DNA of 64,000 nt from Candidatus Hydrogenedentota bacterium (GCA_963745075.1 CAVUWV010000010.1:96001-160000); one strand, 5' to 3'; positions 1 through 9,502 are shown, numbered from the stretch's first letter. Numbers and translations: made by a program. Notes: a model not told the origin generated them from the letters alone.

Positions 1-198
1 GCGGGGTACATTCTCGCGCAAGTGGTGTGCAGGGCTATCACGCGGTCCGATGTCGTTCACAACGATGGACCCTTGTCGGTCGCGGCCTCGTTCACCATGG
101 AAGAATTCCGTCACCTTGCTGCCGATGCGGGACTCCAAGGCTACTCCATTGCATGGCAGTGGCCGTTTCGCTTTTTATTCACGTGGAGCCGTCCGTGA
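1..198 (+). CDS. SAM-dependent methyltransferase, C-terminal fragment (5' end outside window)
   Basis: My frame-1 translation reads AGYILAQVVCRAITRSDVVHNDGPLSVAASFTMEEFRHLAADAGLQGYSIAWQWPFRFLFTWSRP*. This resembles the C-terminus of methyltransferases found beside type III PKS genes. The stop overlaps the next GTG (GTGA). Confidence 0.7.
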   Translation, partial: AGYILAQVVCRAITRSDVVHNDGPLSVAASFTMEEFRHLAADAGLQGYSIAWQWPFRFLFTWSRP

Positions 199-1374
199 AT
201 TCCGTTGCCCCGACGCTTTCGCCTGACGAGGCGGCCGCCGGAACCTGGGACGTGCTGGTCGTGGGCGCGGGATGCGCCGGCGCGCTTACTGCCCGCGAGG
301 TCGCGCGACGCGGACTCTCCGTCTTGCTCGTTGACAAGGCTGCGTTTCCCCGATGGAAAGTCTGCGGATGCTGCATCAATGCTCGGGCTCAAACGGCGTT
401 GGACGCCGCGGGCTTGACGCGACTGCTTGCGGAGAACGGAGCGGTTTCTCTGCATAGTCTTCGGGTCGCCGCACGAGGGCGTACCGCGACAGATCCCCCT
501 TCCCGGGTACGTGTCCCTGTCTCGTGAACGACTGGATGCCGCCCTCGTGCAAGAAGCCATCGAGGCCGGCGCACACTTCCTGCCCAAAACCCAGGCAACC
601 ATGGGTGCGGTCACGGACGCGAATCGTTCGTTGCTGTTGCGCAGTGGCGAGACCGAAGTCGAAGCGGTAACGCGTCTGGTTCTGGTCGCGGACGGCCTGG
701 GCGGACGTCTGCTGCGCGCGACGGATTCCTTCGACTCGCCCGCGGACGAGCACTCCCGAATCGGTGCGGGCGCGATCGCGGCGAACGTTCCGGAGACATA
801 CGCTGCCGGGATCATCCACATGGCCTGCAGCTACGGCGGCTACGTGGGACTTGTCCGTCTGGAGGATCACCGGCTCGACATTGCCGCGGCATTCGACACC
901 GAACTGGTTCGTCGCGAAGGCGGACTGGCCGGTGCGGCATCGCGTGTACTGGACGAAGCCGGATTCCCGGGAATCCCCGGCATTAACACGCTTACATGGC
1001 GTGGGACCCCCGCGCTGACCCGCACGGCCAGCCGTTTGTCCGCGCATCGGGCCCTGGTGCTGGGTGACGCGGCTGGTTACGTGGAACCCTTTACCGGCGA
1101 GGGGATCGCCTGGGCATTGACCTCCGCCCTTGCCGTGGCAGCACTTACGCCCGCTGCGGTCCAGCGTTTTGACACCGGAATCGAGCGGGCCTGGTCAAAA
1201 ACGCATCGGTCGATTGTTACGCGAAGGCAACTGGTATGCCGGGCCGTCTCGGCAGGATTGCGCCGTCCGGGAGTGGTTTGCCGCTCCATCGATCTGCTAT
1301 CGTGGGCGCCGGTTTTGGTGCGTCCCTTTGTTCGACACGTTAATGCACCCGTGCGTGCACGGAAGGGAGTCTAG
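195..1374 (+). CDS. FAD-dependent oxidoreductase (geranylgeranyl reductase-like), with a +1 frameshift near 489
   Basis: The N-terminal WDVLVVGAGCAG and KVCGCC motifs lie in the 27..527 frame. The C-terminal LVADG and LGDAAGYVEPFTGEGIAWA motifs lie in the 427..1374 frame. The halves join at ...GRTA/QIPLPG... Confidence 0.8.
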
Positions 1375-1379
1375 CTGCG

Positions 1380-2474
1380 ATGAGGTTCTCCATACTCGGG
1401 CAGGGTACCGCCGTCCCGCCGTATTCCTTGAGCTACGAAGAGGCCGTTGCCTATGCGCAGGCATCCTTTTGCGAGACGGAGGAACAACAGCGGCAAATCA
1501 AGCTGTTGTACCGCATGACGGGCGTGAAATCGCGCAATTGCTGCGTGCTGGACGGCCCCTCGGACATGCCGGACCGTCAGACTTTCTTCCCTGCACCGAA
1601 CGGGTCCGTCGGCAAGATGGGTCCCTCCATCCGCGAGCGCATGGCGAAGTACGAGGACAAGGCCCTCCCACTGGCGCTGGAAGCAAGCCGGGAAGCCTTC
1701 GAAGCTTCCGAAGTATTGCCAAGCGCGATTACGCACCTTGTCACGGTCTCGTGCAGCGGGTTCGCGGCGCCGGGCGTCGATATCGGGCTCATCAAGCAAC
1801 TGGGTCTGCCTCCGACCACCCAACGTGTGCACGTCGGGTTCATGGGCTGCCACGGCGCGCTGAACGGCATCCGTGCGGCCCGCGGGTTTGCGGAGAGCGA
1901 CCCCCATGCGCGTGTGCTGATCTGCGCCATCGAGTTGTGCAGCCTCCACTACCACTACGGCTGGAACCCGGACCAACTCGTCGCCAATGCCCTCTTTGCG
2001 GACGGTTCCGCCGCTATCGTCGGCGCCGCGACCGACGTTCAAAGCGAAGGTCCTTGGCAGGTCGCCGCCACCGGATCCTGCCTGATCCCCGATTCCGAAG
2101 AGGCCATGACCTGGCGCATCGGCAACAACGGCTTCATCATGTCCCTGTCCAGCCGCGTGCCCGAACTCATCGGCACGCACCTCCGTCCCTGGATGGAAGC
2201 GTGGCTCAAGGAGGCTGGGTTCACCATCCCCGACATCCAGTCCTGGGCCGTTCACCCCGGTGGCCCCCGCATACTCAGCTCCACCTGCAAGGCCCTCGGC
2301 CTCGAGAAAGACGCCGTCGCCGTCTCCCGCGAAGTCCTGAAGGAGCACGGCAACATGTCGTCTCCGACCATCCTCTTCATCCTCAAACGCCTGCGCGACC
2401 GCAACGCCCCCCGCCCCTGCGTTGCCCTCGGCTTCGGCCCGGGCCTGATGGCAGAGGCGACGTTGTTCGTGTAG
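1380..2474 (+). CDS. Type III polyketide synthase (chalcone/stilbene synthase family)
   Basis: 364 aa with the Cys-His-Asn catalytic triad motifs FMGCHG, VHPGGP and GNMSS, plus LFADG and a GFGPG tail. Confidence 0.95.
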   Translation: MRFSILGQGTAVPPYSLSYEEAVAYAQASFCETEEQQRQIKLLYRMTGVKSRNCCVLDGPSDMPDRQTFFPAPNGSVGKMGPSIRERMAKYEDKALPLALEASREAFEASEVLPSAITHLVTVSCSGFAAPGVDIGLIKQLGLPPTTQRVHVGFMGCHGALNGIRAARGFAESDPHARVLICAIELCSLHYHYGWNPDQLVANALFADGSAAIVGAATDVQSEGPWQVAATGSCLIPDSEEAMTWRIGNNGFIMSLSSRVPELIGTHLRPWMEAWLKEAGFTIPDIQSWAVHPGGPRILSSTCKALGLEKDAVAVSREVLKEHGNMSSPTILFILKRLRDRNAPRPCVALGFGPGLMAEATLFV

Positions 2475-2512
2475 CGCGGGCAGCCCCAACCAGAAACTGA
2501 GCGCTCCATCAA

Positions 2513-2551
2513 ATCGGACGGATCGGTCTGATCGGTCGGATCGGTCCGATC
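2513..2551. repeat. Short 9-bp-period tandem repeat (GATCGGTCN)
   Basis: atcggacg gatcggtct gatcggtcg gatcggtcc gatc, just downstream of the PKS stop. Confidence 0.7.
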
Positions 2552-2587
2552 AAAAACATGCCATCGGAAGCCGGCTTCGCGGCGCCC

Positions 2588-2785
2588 CCTTTGGAGTGCG
2601 GCCGCTTGCGGCTGCTTTTCTTTCGGTATTCTCGGTTACCTGATTCTCTTACGCTGCGAAACGGATCGCGCTACCCTCGGCAACGATTGCGCGCAGTCCA
2701 CCGCGCTCAATGCATTCGCCGGAGTGAAGTTAGGTGTTCGGCATACGTTCAAGAAAAGCAGCCGCAAGCGGCCGCACTCCAAAGG
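2588..2785. repeat. 198-bp element bounded by perfect 35-bp inverted repeats (REP/MITE-like)
   Basis: CCTTTGGAGTGCGGCCGCTTGCGGCTGCTTTTCTT at 2588-2622 is the exact reverse complement of 2751-2785. It lies between convergent genes. Confidence 0.85.
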
Positions 2786-2892
2786 TTGCCGCCTATGAAT
2801 TGCCGCAATTGCGACAAAGTAAGCATGCCTACGGAACCCGCAAGCTGTCAGAAGTGCTAGGCTGGTGCCTTCCCGTTGGTCGCAGAGTCGGC

Positions 2893-3961
2893 TCAGCGCG
2901 AGGCCGGTCGCAGCCGAATCTCGATTCCGCCGCATCGCCGCAGCATGCGAAATGCCGATCCGGCCAGAATGTACGTTACCGCCGCGGCTCCTGCGACTGT
3001 CACGATCATCGCAGTCGAATATCCCAGCAATGCCAGCGCCGTGACCAGCATATTATCCGGCGCTATTCCATAGGCCTCTTGGAATGCAGCGACGTTCGTG
3101 GCAGTCGTCTGAATCTCGAATCTCGCTGTCGTCTCACCAAATAGATAGGTTGGATTTCCAAACAGAACCGATGGAATATCCTTGCCGACGCCCAGCGCCA
3201 CCAACGCCATTACCGCCGCCAAGATGGACCTGATTCTCAGGGTTCCCCGATCGGCCCACCAGATCCACAACATTGATACCGCGACCGCGAGCGCCGGTCC
3301 GAGGGCAATGAAAAGCCAGTGGACCGGCCGCGGCAAGCCGAGCAGGAAGTACACTAACGAATCGGCCGCTTTGGATAGCACATCGCCGACAACACGAACA
3401 TCGGGAATGCACCACCTCAGCGCAACCAGCGCAAGAAATATCAGCGCGAAAGGGGACGGCTTACGATCCTGGTACCATACGTGTACGCCGCAACGTTCGC
3501 GCGCGTACCACCATCGCAATACGAGAAAGATCGCACCGGCGTTCAAGGCGGGCCCGAGCCAAATCACCGGTATCATGCGCGGATCGAACAAACCGATCGC
3601 CGACTGCGTGTCCAGAAAGAAAGCGATTAGCACCTTGATCGCTTCGAACGCAACACCAACCGTCAAGGTCAACAGCGCCACCGCCCCCAGCCGCCTCGGC
3701 AGGCTAATCGGACTCCGAAACGGCACCGTCTTTACACCCAACTCCGGAAACGCTCCCGGATCCCCGAAATGCTCCCGCGTCAACAACACCGCATCCGCTT
3801 CGGAGACGTCTTCTTCCCCCGACAGATATCCGAGCGTCTTGTCCTCCAGGTGCCCGTACAATTCTTCCAGGGTTTCAACGTTCAAATGGCGTGATCGGCC
3901 AATCTCCTTCGCCAGCTTTCGCAATGCCGCTTCGGGTATTCGGACTCAGTTGCTTGTCCAT
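2893..3961 (-). CDS. Multi-pass membrane protein with N-terminal helical PadR-partner (permease-prefix/HAAS-like) domain, copy 3; +1 frameshift near 3935
   Basis: ATG at 3961 gives MDKQLSPNT. Removing one base rejoins the 2893..3924 ORF (LRKLAKEI...EELYGHLEDKTLGYLSGEEDVSEADAVLLTREHFGDP), which is followed by hydrophobic helices. Confidence 0.75.
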
Positions 3962-4020
3962 AGCCTATTAACCCCAGTTTCGTGACCGTAATGTGAGTGC
4001 CTCTCGTTCATGAATATGCA

Positions 4021-5070
4021 TTATCGTGTGACAAGCCGGGCCCGTGGTGAAAGTCGGAAGAGACTCCGCGCGGTGAATGCCGCCAGTCCGGGTAACAGCA
4101 CTGCCATGACGTTCAGTACGATATAGAATTGAGATTGCGTTGCTTGCGTCGCGGTGCCGGTATAGAGGGGAAAGCTGGGCCCGCGCGCAAAGAGGTAGCG
4201 GCCCAAGCCGAGAGCCTGATGTGAAGCCAGCGACCCGGGCTGGCCATGTGCCAGGAACTCGAACGATGGCACAAGGGCAAACAGCAGGCCAAAACAGCAC
4301 CAGGCTGCGAACGCAAGAACGAGGCTTGCCCAGCGACGGTCGTCGCGGGTACACCACCAGAGCCAAGCCATGCATTGAACGATCAGCGCTGCCGGTATCA
4401 GGCCCAGGTTCACTGGCTTAAGAAGCCTCGTCCAACCGGTAGCGTGCGTCATGGGGAAAGTACTCCACCCTGCCAAGATTGTAGGCGGGATCAGTTTCGT
4501 CACAAAGACAAGTGCCACAAACATCAAAGAAAGGCCCAAGAGGGACTGGCGCATCGGCCATGGCATGTGCCCCATCTCAATTTGACGCTGTAACCGGCTT
4601 AGCGTCAGGCCAAAGAGTGCCGAAATGGCTATCAGCAAAACGGCGAGCACCGGCGGTCGCACCGGCTCGTACGTTGAAAACCCGAAACGGGACGAAGAAG
4701 CCACGAGCCCAGCCAGGACGAGGGCGCACCACACGGCATTCAAGGACGTGAGCAGGAGGGCCGCCGTAAGAACCCGGCGCGGAAACGCGCATTTCGCGTC
4801 GTCTGGCAGAAACATCATGTGCCGCTTTCTGTCGTTCTGTGAGTTGCAGCCCGAAGATGCTGTCAAGACGCCTCCAAAATGCTCCCACGTGAGCAACACC
4901 GCGTCCGCTTCGGAGATTTCTTCGTCGCCGGAGAGATACCCGAGCGTCTTGTCTTCGAGATGACCGTACAACTCTTCCTGGACCTCATCGCCCAAGCCGC
5001 GTGCCCGGCTGATTTCCCGCGCCAGTTTCTTGAGTGCTGCTTCGGTCTCGGAACTCAGCTGCTTATCCAT
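4021..5070 (-). CDS. Multi-pass membrane protein with N-terminal PadR-partner domain, copy 2 (intact)
   Basis: 349 aa, starting MDKQLSSETEAALKKLAREI...EELYGHLEDKTLGYLSGDEEISEADAVLLTWEHFG, followed by about 6 TM-like segments. Confidence 0.85.
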   Translation of the reverse strand: MDKQLSSETEAALKKLAREISRARGLGDEVQEELYGHLEDKTLGYLSGDEEISEADAVLLTWEHFGGVLTASSGCNSQNDRKRHMMFLPDDAKCAFPRRVLTAALLLTSLNAVWCALVLAGLVASSSRFGFSTYEPVRPPVLAVLLIAISALFGLTLSRLQRQIEMGHMPWPMRQSLLGLSLMFVALVFVTKLIPPTILAGWSTFPMTHATGWTRLLKPVNLGLIPAALIVQCMAWLWWCTRDDRRWASLVLAFAAWCCFGLLFALVPSFEFLAHGQPGSLASHQALGLGRYLFARGPSFPLYTGTATQATQSQFYIVLNVMAVLLPGLAAFTARSLFRLSPRARLVTR

Positions 5071-5247
5071 GGTTTCCCCCGTTGATGATGGCGGAGACTC
5101 CGCGCATTCACTCGAGTTGCAGGATAGAAAACGGTGTACAAAGCTAACGCCCTCCAGTTGCTGCGTCGGCCATGCCTTCGGCTCAGGGCCGACGTTATCT
5201 TGTTCCGGTAACCTCTGAATTCAGGCGTGTCCGGGAACGAATTGAAG

Positions 5248-6233
5248 TTAAACGACGGATCCAGCAACTCCTTCGCGATGACGGCTCCGATTTCGTACTT
5301 GGATAAACACAAAATACAGGGTCCCGGCCAGAATGGCTTTTCCGATATCTCCGGTCAGTAATCCTGTGCTAAACCGCAGTGGACTTTGAAGCAGGTATTC
5401 CAGGCTGGGAAAGAGACCTTGTGACATCGCCACGTCGACAAGATGGCGCATGGAAAAAACCGCGAATGCGAAGAGTACCGTGCTCAGGATCACCCACGTT
5501 GCCAGGGAAATCAGCACCGAGCGAGTACGGCGCGGAGGCCGATCCATCCACCAAATCCAGAGCAAGGGCCAACCTAGCGACGCGATCCACATACCATACG
5601 AGAAGAACGGACCGCCCGATCCATTCAACCGTTGAACCGGCTCCGAGAAGTCCGCTGGATTCATCTGGGGCGAGGGTACAGACGCGTACGTCACCAACAG
5701 TGCGACAGTGATCAGTGCTTGGCGCGCTAGGCTCCAACGCAGAATCTGCGTCCTTCTTCCGTCGTCCAACCAGCGTTGCCAGCGAAACAACACGTACCAT
5801 GCGATGGCCACTCCCAACACCATTGCGAAACCACCGCGCACGACAAAGATCAGAAGCAGCGCAACAACGTCCGATCCGGTCACGGTCGCTACCGCGGCTG
5901 CTCCCACTACTCCGACTGTAATCACGAGATAGACTGCCACGGAGACCATACTGACCGCCGCCAGCCGTTGTGCGACCGACAGGAGACGTTCTCCGCGATG
6001 AACGGCCCCGAGGAAGTCGCGCAACGCGCGCGGATCGCCAAAATGCTCCCGCGTCAGAAGCACCACGTCGGGCTGCGATAAGGACTCTTCGCCCGACAGG
6101 TACCCAATCGCCTTGTCTTCCATATGGCCGAACAACTCTTCCTGGATCTCTCATCCAGGTCGTGCGCCACACTCATTTCCCGCGCCAGATTCCTTAGCGC
6201 CGCCTCAGTTTCCGGACTCAGTTGCTTATCCAT
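5248..6233 (-). CDS. Multi-pass membrane protein with N-terminal PadR-partner domain, copy 1; -1 frameshift near 6150
   Basis: ATG at 6233 overlaps the padR stop and gives MDKQLSPETEAALRNLAREMSVAHDLDE. It then shifts into the 5248..6135 ORF (FGHMEDKAIGYLSGEE...LLTREHFGDP plus TM helices). Confidence 0.75.
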
Positions 6234-6561
6234 TGCGCGCTTCCCCGAGTTTCATGACCATGCCGTGCCAGCGTTCCCATTGCTCGAAGCCTTGGCCAAG
6301 GGCTTCGCGGCCGCCGGCGGTGATGTAGTAATACTTGCGGCGGCGCCCCGTGTCCGCCGTTTGCCATTGCGCGCGGACGAGGCCCTGCTTCTCGAGTTTG
6401 TGCAAGATGGGGTAGACCGTACCTTCCTGCCACTCGAAGAGCCCGTCCGCTTCCCGGTTGATGGCCTTGATGAGCCGATAGCCGTACGTGGCTTCCCGGG
6501 CCAGTACCGACAGCACGAGCAGGCTCGTGCTCGCGCCCACGAGTTCCTTGTCCAGTTTCAT
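6226..6561 (-). CDS. PadR-family transcriptional regulator
   Basis: 111 aa with the PadR wHTH signatures LVLSVL...YGYRLI...EGTVYPILHKLEKQGLV...RRKYYYITAGG. Confidence 0.93.
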   Translation of the reverse strand: MKLDKELVGASTSLLVLSVLAREATYGYRLIKAINREADGLFEWQEGTVYPILHKLEKQGLVRAQWQTADTGRRRKYYYITAGGREALGQGFEQWERWHGMVMKLGEARNG

Positions 6562-6573
6562 AATTGGTCCCTC

Positions 6574-6622
6574 TACTTTGGAGTTCAAGGTATAAAGTAC
6601 CATGAACCTCCAGGTATGTCAA
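6574..6622 (-). promoter_or_regulatory. sigma70-type padR promoter overlapped by two 19-bp TAC-N13-GTA candidate operators
   Basis: Minus strand TTGACA (6622-6617)-17 nt-TACTTT (6599-6594). The related imperfect palindromes are TACTTTGGAGTTCAAGGTA (6574-6592) and TACCATGAACCTCCAGGTA (6598-6616). Confidence 0.65.
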
Positions 6623-6683
6623 GCGGGAAGGCTGGAGTCTGGATGGCCTAGAACGGTTTCTCTCGTAGCCGCCACTGACCGCA

Positions 6684-6828
6684 CGTACTCGTTCTCGTAC
6701 TTCGTACTCGTACTCGGATCGTCGAGCAGGAAGAGTTGCAGTTTGGCTAATCCAACACGTCGTTTCTCCACCGCGACAAGAGATCGCATCTCGTCGAGTA
6801 CGAGTACGAGACCGAGTACGAAGTACGA
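6684..6828. repeat. Inverted pair of (GAGTAC)-unit repeat tracts
   Basis: TCGTACTTCGTACTCG (6695-6710) is the reverse complement of CGAGTACGAAGTACGA (6813-6828). Further GTACTC/GAGTAC units flank both arms. Confidence 0.75.
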
Positions 6829-6887
6829 TTGAGGGGACACGGAATAACTTAAAATGCTCAACAGTGAGCCTACAGTCTTTCTCGGGA

Positions 6888-6953
6888 GCATTTCTCACCG
6901 CACCCAGAGTTTATCGGTCCGCAAGAGGACAGCTTTTGGGCGGTGAGAAATGC
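6888..6953. repeat. 66-bp hairpin element (possible IS-end remnant or structured RNA)
   Basis: Perfect 14-bp arms GCATTTCTCACCGC / GCGGTGAGAAATGC with an internal GTCC-GCAAGA-GGAC stem. Confidence 0.6.
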
Positions 6954-7375
6954 GGACTAGGGACTCTATTCTGGCAACGGGAGACCAGCACCGGGGGCGA
7001 AGTTTGGGAGTATCGACCCCTCCGATCCTCCGCACGATCACCGCTCGCTCGTTGGGCCGAGGAACCGGTCACTCCTCACAACTCCAACCGGCACGACCTC
7101 CAGCCTCCAAAGTGCAACCCCCCGGTCCATATCTACAAGGAGAATTCTGGCCATGACAGACTACACCCGACGCGCCCGTCGTCCTCGCGAACGCCGGGAC
7201 CACCTCCTGCACCCCCCTCACCTTCAGCCTCCGCCTCAGTACACGTCTGTCATGCGCATAGGTGTACTCGTGAGCGGGCGAGTACAGCGCATTACAGCGG
7301 CTGAATCGCCGATCGGAAGTCATAAGAGGCAATCTGCAAGCAACTTATGATGTAGATAGGCCGTCTTGAGAATTC

Positions 7376-7391
7376 TGGCACGAATCGTGCT
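7376..7391 (+). promoter_or_regulatory. sigma54 (-24/-12) promoter
   Basis: TGGCACGAATCGTGCT matches TGGCAC-N5-TTGC with one mismatch and lies upstream of the receiver gene. Confidence 0.65.
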
Positions 7392-7550
7392 CTATAGGGT
7401 GCTGTGATGGCCGATAAGGGTCTGGATGGTCCTGACGGTTACTCCAAGACGGTCCTCGGAAATGGGGGATTCGGTTTCGATGCCCGACGAATTTCGGGGG
7501 ATTGACCGGCGACTCCAAGGGGGGACTTAATCGGAATGGTGGAGGCAGGC

Positions 7551-7970
7551 ATGTCGCGAATCGTAGTAATCGACGACGAACCGGTCCTGCGGCTGACCTT
7601 CCGGTTGATTCTGGAGCAAGACGGTCACGAAGTCTGGGACGCTGGAAATGGCCGAGACGGCTTGGACATATGCCGCCACGAGCGTCCAGACCTGGTCATC
7701 ACGGACATTATGATGCCGGAGCAGGAAGGCACGGAGACCATGTCCATCTTGCACGACGAATTCCCGGAATTGCCGGTAATCGTCATGTCGGGAGCGGGAA
7801 TCGTCTTCGCAGGATTAGGACCGGAAGAGAGCGAGAGCTACCGATACATCGCCAAGCCGGTCGACGGTCCGAACCTGCTCCAAGTGGTACACAGTTTGTT
7901 ACCGGATAACCAATGCCATGAACGGGAGGAATGTACGGCCAAAGGCGAGGAAAGCGAGTCAGAGCGATGA
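7551..7970 (+). CDS. Single-domain response regulator (CheY-like receiver)
   Basis: Receiver motifs IVVIDDE, VITDIMMP (phospho-Asp), VMSG and IAKP, with a GGAGG RBS before ATG 7551. Confidence 0.92.
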   Translation: MSRIVVIDDEPVLRLTFRLILEQDGHEVWDAGNGRDGLDICRHERPDLVITDIMMPEQEGTETMSILHDEFPELPVIVMSGAGIVFAGLGPEESESYRYIAKPVDGPNLLQVVHSLLPDNQCHEREECTAKGEESESER

Positions 7971-8146
7971 ACAACACCTACCTGACAGATCTGACAGACC
8001 TTTTCGACCAGCCCAAGCCTTCACATCCCACCTTTGTCACCAGGACAGCCTTGCAGCTAAGACCGATGATTGGGAGTCTTCAGCCGGCCGTTCCTCCCGT
8101 TTTGGATATATCGACATCAGATTTGGTTGGGGGGAGACATCCTTAG
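7967..8146 (+). CDS. Possible 59-aa hypothetical protein
   Basis: ATGA overlap with the receiver stop. No recognisable motif. Confidence 0.25.
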   Translation: MNNTYLTDLTDLFDQPKPSHPTFVTRTALQLRPMIGSLQPAVPPVLDISTSDLVGGRHP

Positions 8147-8182
8147 CCAATTCGGGGGAACTTGATTCCTCTGGGGGGAAGA

Positions 8183-8229
8183 GAATCCCGGCGACTTTCG
8201 GGGGAGAGACGCCGGGCTTCTCTATTTTT
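8183..8229 (+). terminator. Putative intrinsic terminator
   Basis: CCCGGCG...CGCCGGG stem followed by CTTCTCTATTTTT. Confidence 0.55.
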
Positions 8230-8254
8230 GGGCAGTCCCGCAGAAACTTAAATC

Positions 8255-8433
8255 CGAAATCCGAATATCGAAATCCGAAACAAATTCCAAATTCGAAATC
8301 CAAAATCACGCGGAAATACGTTCTATCAAACGAAGAGCGCGACGGGTACCGTAAAGGACTGCGTGCGATCTGTTTGGGACATTTCCCGTTTTGGTCATTC
8401 GAATTTGTTTCGGATTTCGATATTCGGATTTCG
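8255..8433. repeat. Element with perfect 33-bp inverted repeats built of AAATCCG-like heptamers
   Basis: CGAAATCCGAATATCGAAATCCGAAACAAATTC (8255-8287) is the reverse complement of 8401-8433. It lies between convergent genes. Confidence 0.85.
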
Positions 8434-8497
8434 TGCTTCGAATCTGAGATCCCAGCTTCGGCGCGGGCATGTTGAAATGCGATTCAGCCCCGATCCG

Positions 8498-9502
8498 TTA
8501 CTCCATCCAGGTCTCGAACACGGCTGCAATATTCTCCGCGGGGTCCCGGTTGCCCCACTCGCACTGGGCCATGACTCCGCCGTTCCCTTTGTCCAGCGCG
8601 GCCCGGACCCGCCGCACCGCCGCGCGCACCTCGTCAACCGTCCCGAACGGCAGAATGCGCTGCCGGCAGATCTCGCCCCAAAACGTGATTTTTCCCTGGA
8701 ACTGCCGCCCGATCTCTTCGATGTTCATGCAGAAGAGCTGGCTGTTCAAGGCGTCCACGCCGATCTCGATCAAGTCCGGAATGATCTCGCGGATATGCCC
8801 GTCCGAATGAAAGAAGACCCGCTTCCCGGATGACTTGATGATGTCGCAGTACTCGCGATACATCGGCTTGAAGAAGGACCGCCACAGCTCCGGATCGATC
8901 AGCAGGCTGCCCTGCGCGCCCCAATCGTCCATGAATTGGATTCCTTCGACTTCCGTGGCCGCCCACAGTTCCAGTTCGCGCAGGAAGAAACCGTGCACCA
9001 TGTCGCGCAGGGCAAACAGTTCGGCCGGTTGCACCATCAAATCCACGAGCAGATTCTCCGTGCCCCGAAGGAACTGCATCCGCTCGAAGGGCCGCACGCC
9101 CGTCCCGGTACGCGTAAAGCGATCCGACGCCCGGCAATAGGCCGTGATGCCGGAGAAATCGGCGTTGTCCAAGATTTCGTTGGGCGGCGTGAAATCCTCC
9201 AACGCCGACCACTCGGCCAGGGGTGACCGCTTCACTTCACCGCAGACTCCGGGTTCGGCGACGGTCCAGGTGCAGTCCCATTCGTCGGTGTAAGAGCCGA
9301 CCTCAGCCGGGGTGCCCGCCATGCGTGTGCAGGGCCCGTAGGGGCTGGGCGGGTTGTCAAAGTCGACGGGGAACCGCGCCAGCAGCGTTCGCAGTTCCTC
9401 CGAACGGTACCGCTCCACCCCGGCCAGCCGCCATAGGTCGCGGGGTGCCCGGTCCGGTGTATCAAAGTCTAAACAGCGGTTTACACGCTCACGTGAATTC
9501 AT
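8498..9502 (-). CDS. Uroporphyrinogen decarboxylase / MtaA-CmuA-like family protein
   Basis: Motifs MNSRERV...PDRAP, DEWDC, FLRGTENLL, DDWGAQ, FHSDG, IGVDALN and FWGEI. Confidence 0.85.
   Translation of the reverse strand: MNSRERVNRCLDFDTPDRAPRDLWRLAGVERYRSEELRTLLARFPVDFDNPPSPYGPCTRMAGTPAEVGSYTDEWDCTWTVAEPGVCGEVKRSPLAEWSALEDFTPPNEILDNADFSGITAYCRASDRFTRTGTGVRPFERMQFLRGTENLLVDLMVQPAELFALRDMVHGFFLRELELWAATEVEGIQFMDDWGAQGSLLIDPELWRSFFKPMYREYCDIIKSSGKRVFFHSDGHIREIIPDLIEIGVDALNSQLFCMNIEEIGRQFQGKITFWGEICRQRILPFGTVDEVRAAVRRVRAALDKGNGGVMAQCEWGNRDPAENIAAVFETWME

Noticed and set aside
2893..6233. Diversity-generating retroelement or integron as the source of the variable array
   Set aside because: There is no reverse transcriptase, integrase, attC-like site or adenine-specific TR/VR pair in the window.
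7038..7154. Minus-strand 38-aa ORF starting MARILLVD, like a receiver N-terminus
   Set aside because: The similarity ends after 8 residues and the RBS is poor, so it cannot be distinguished from chance.
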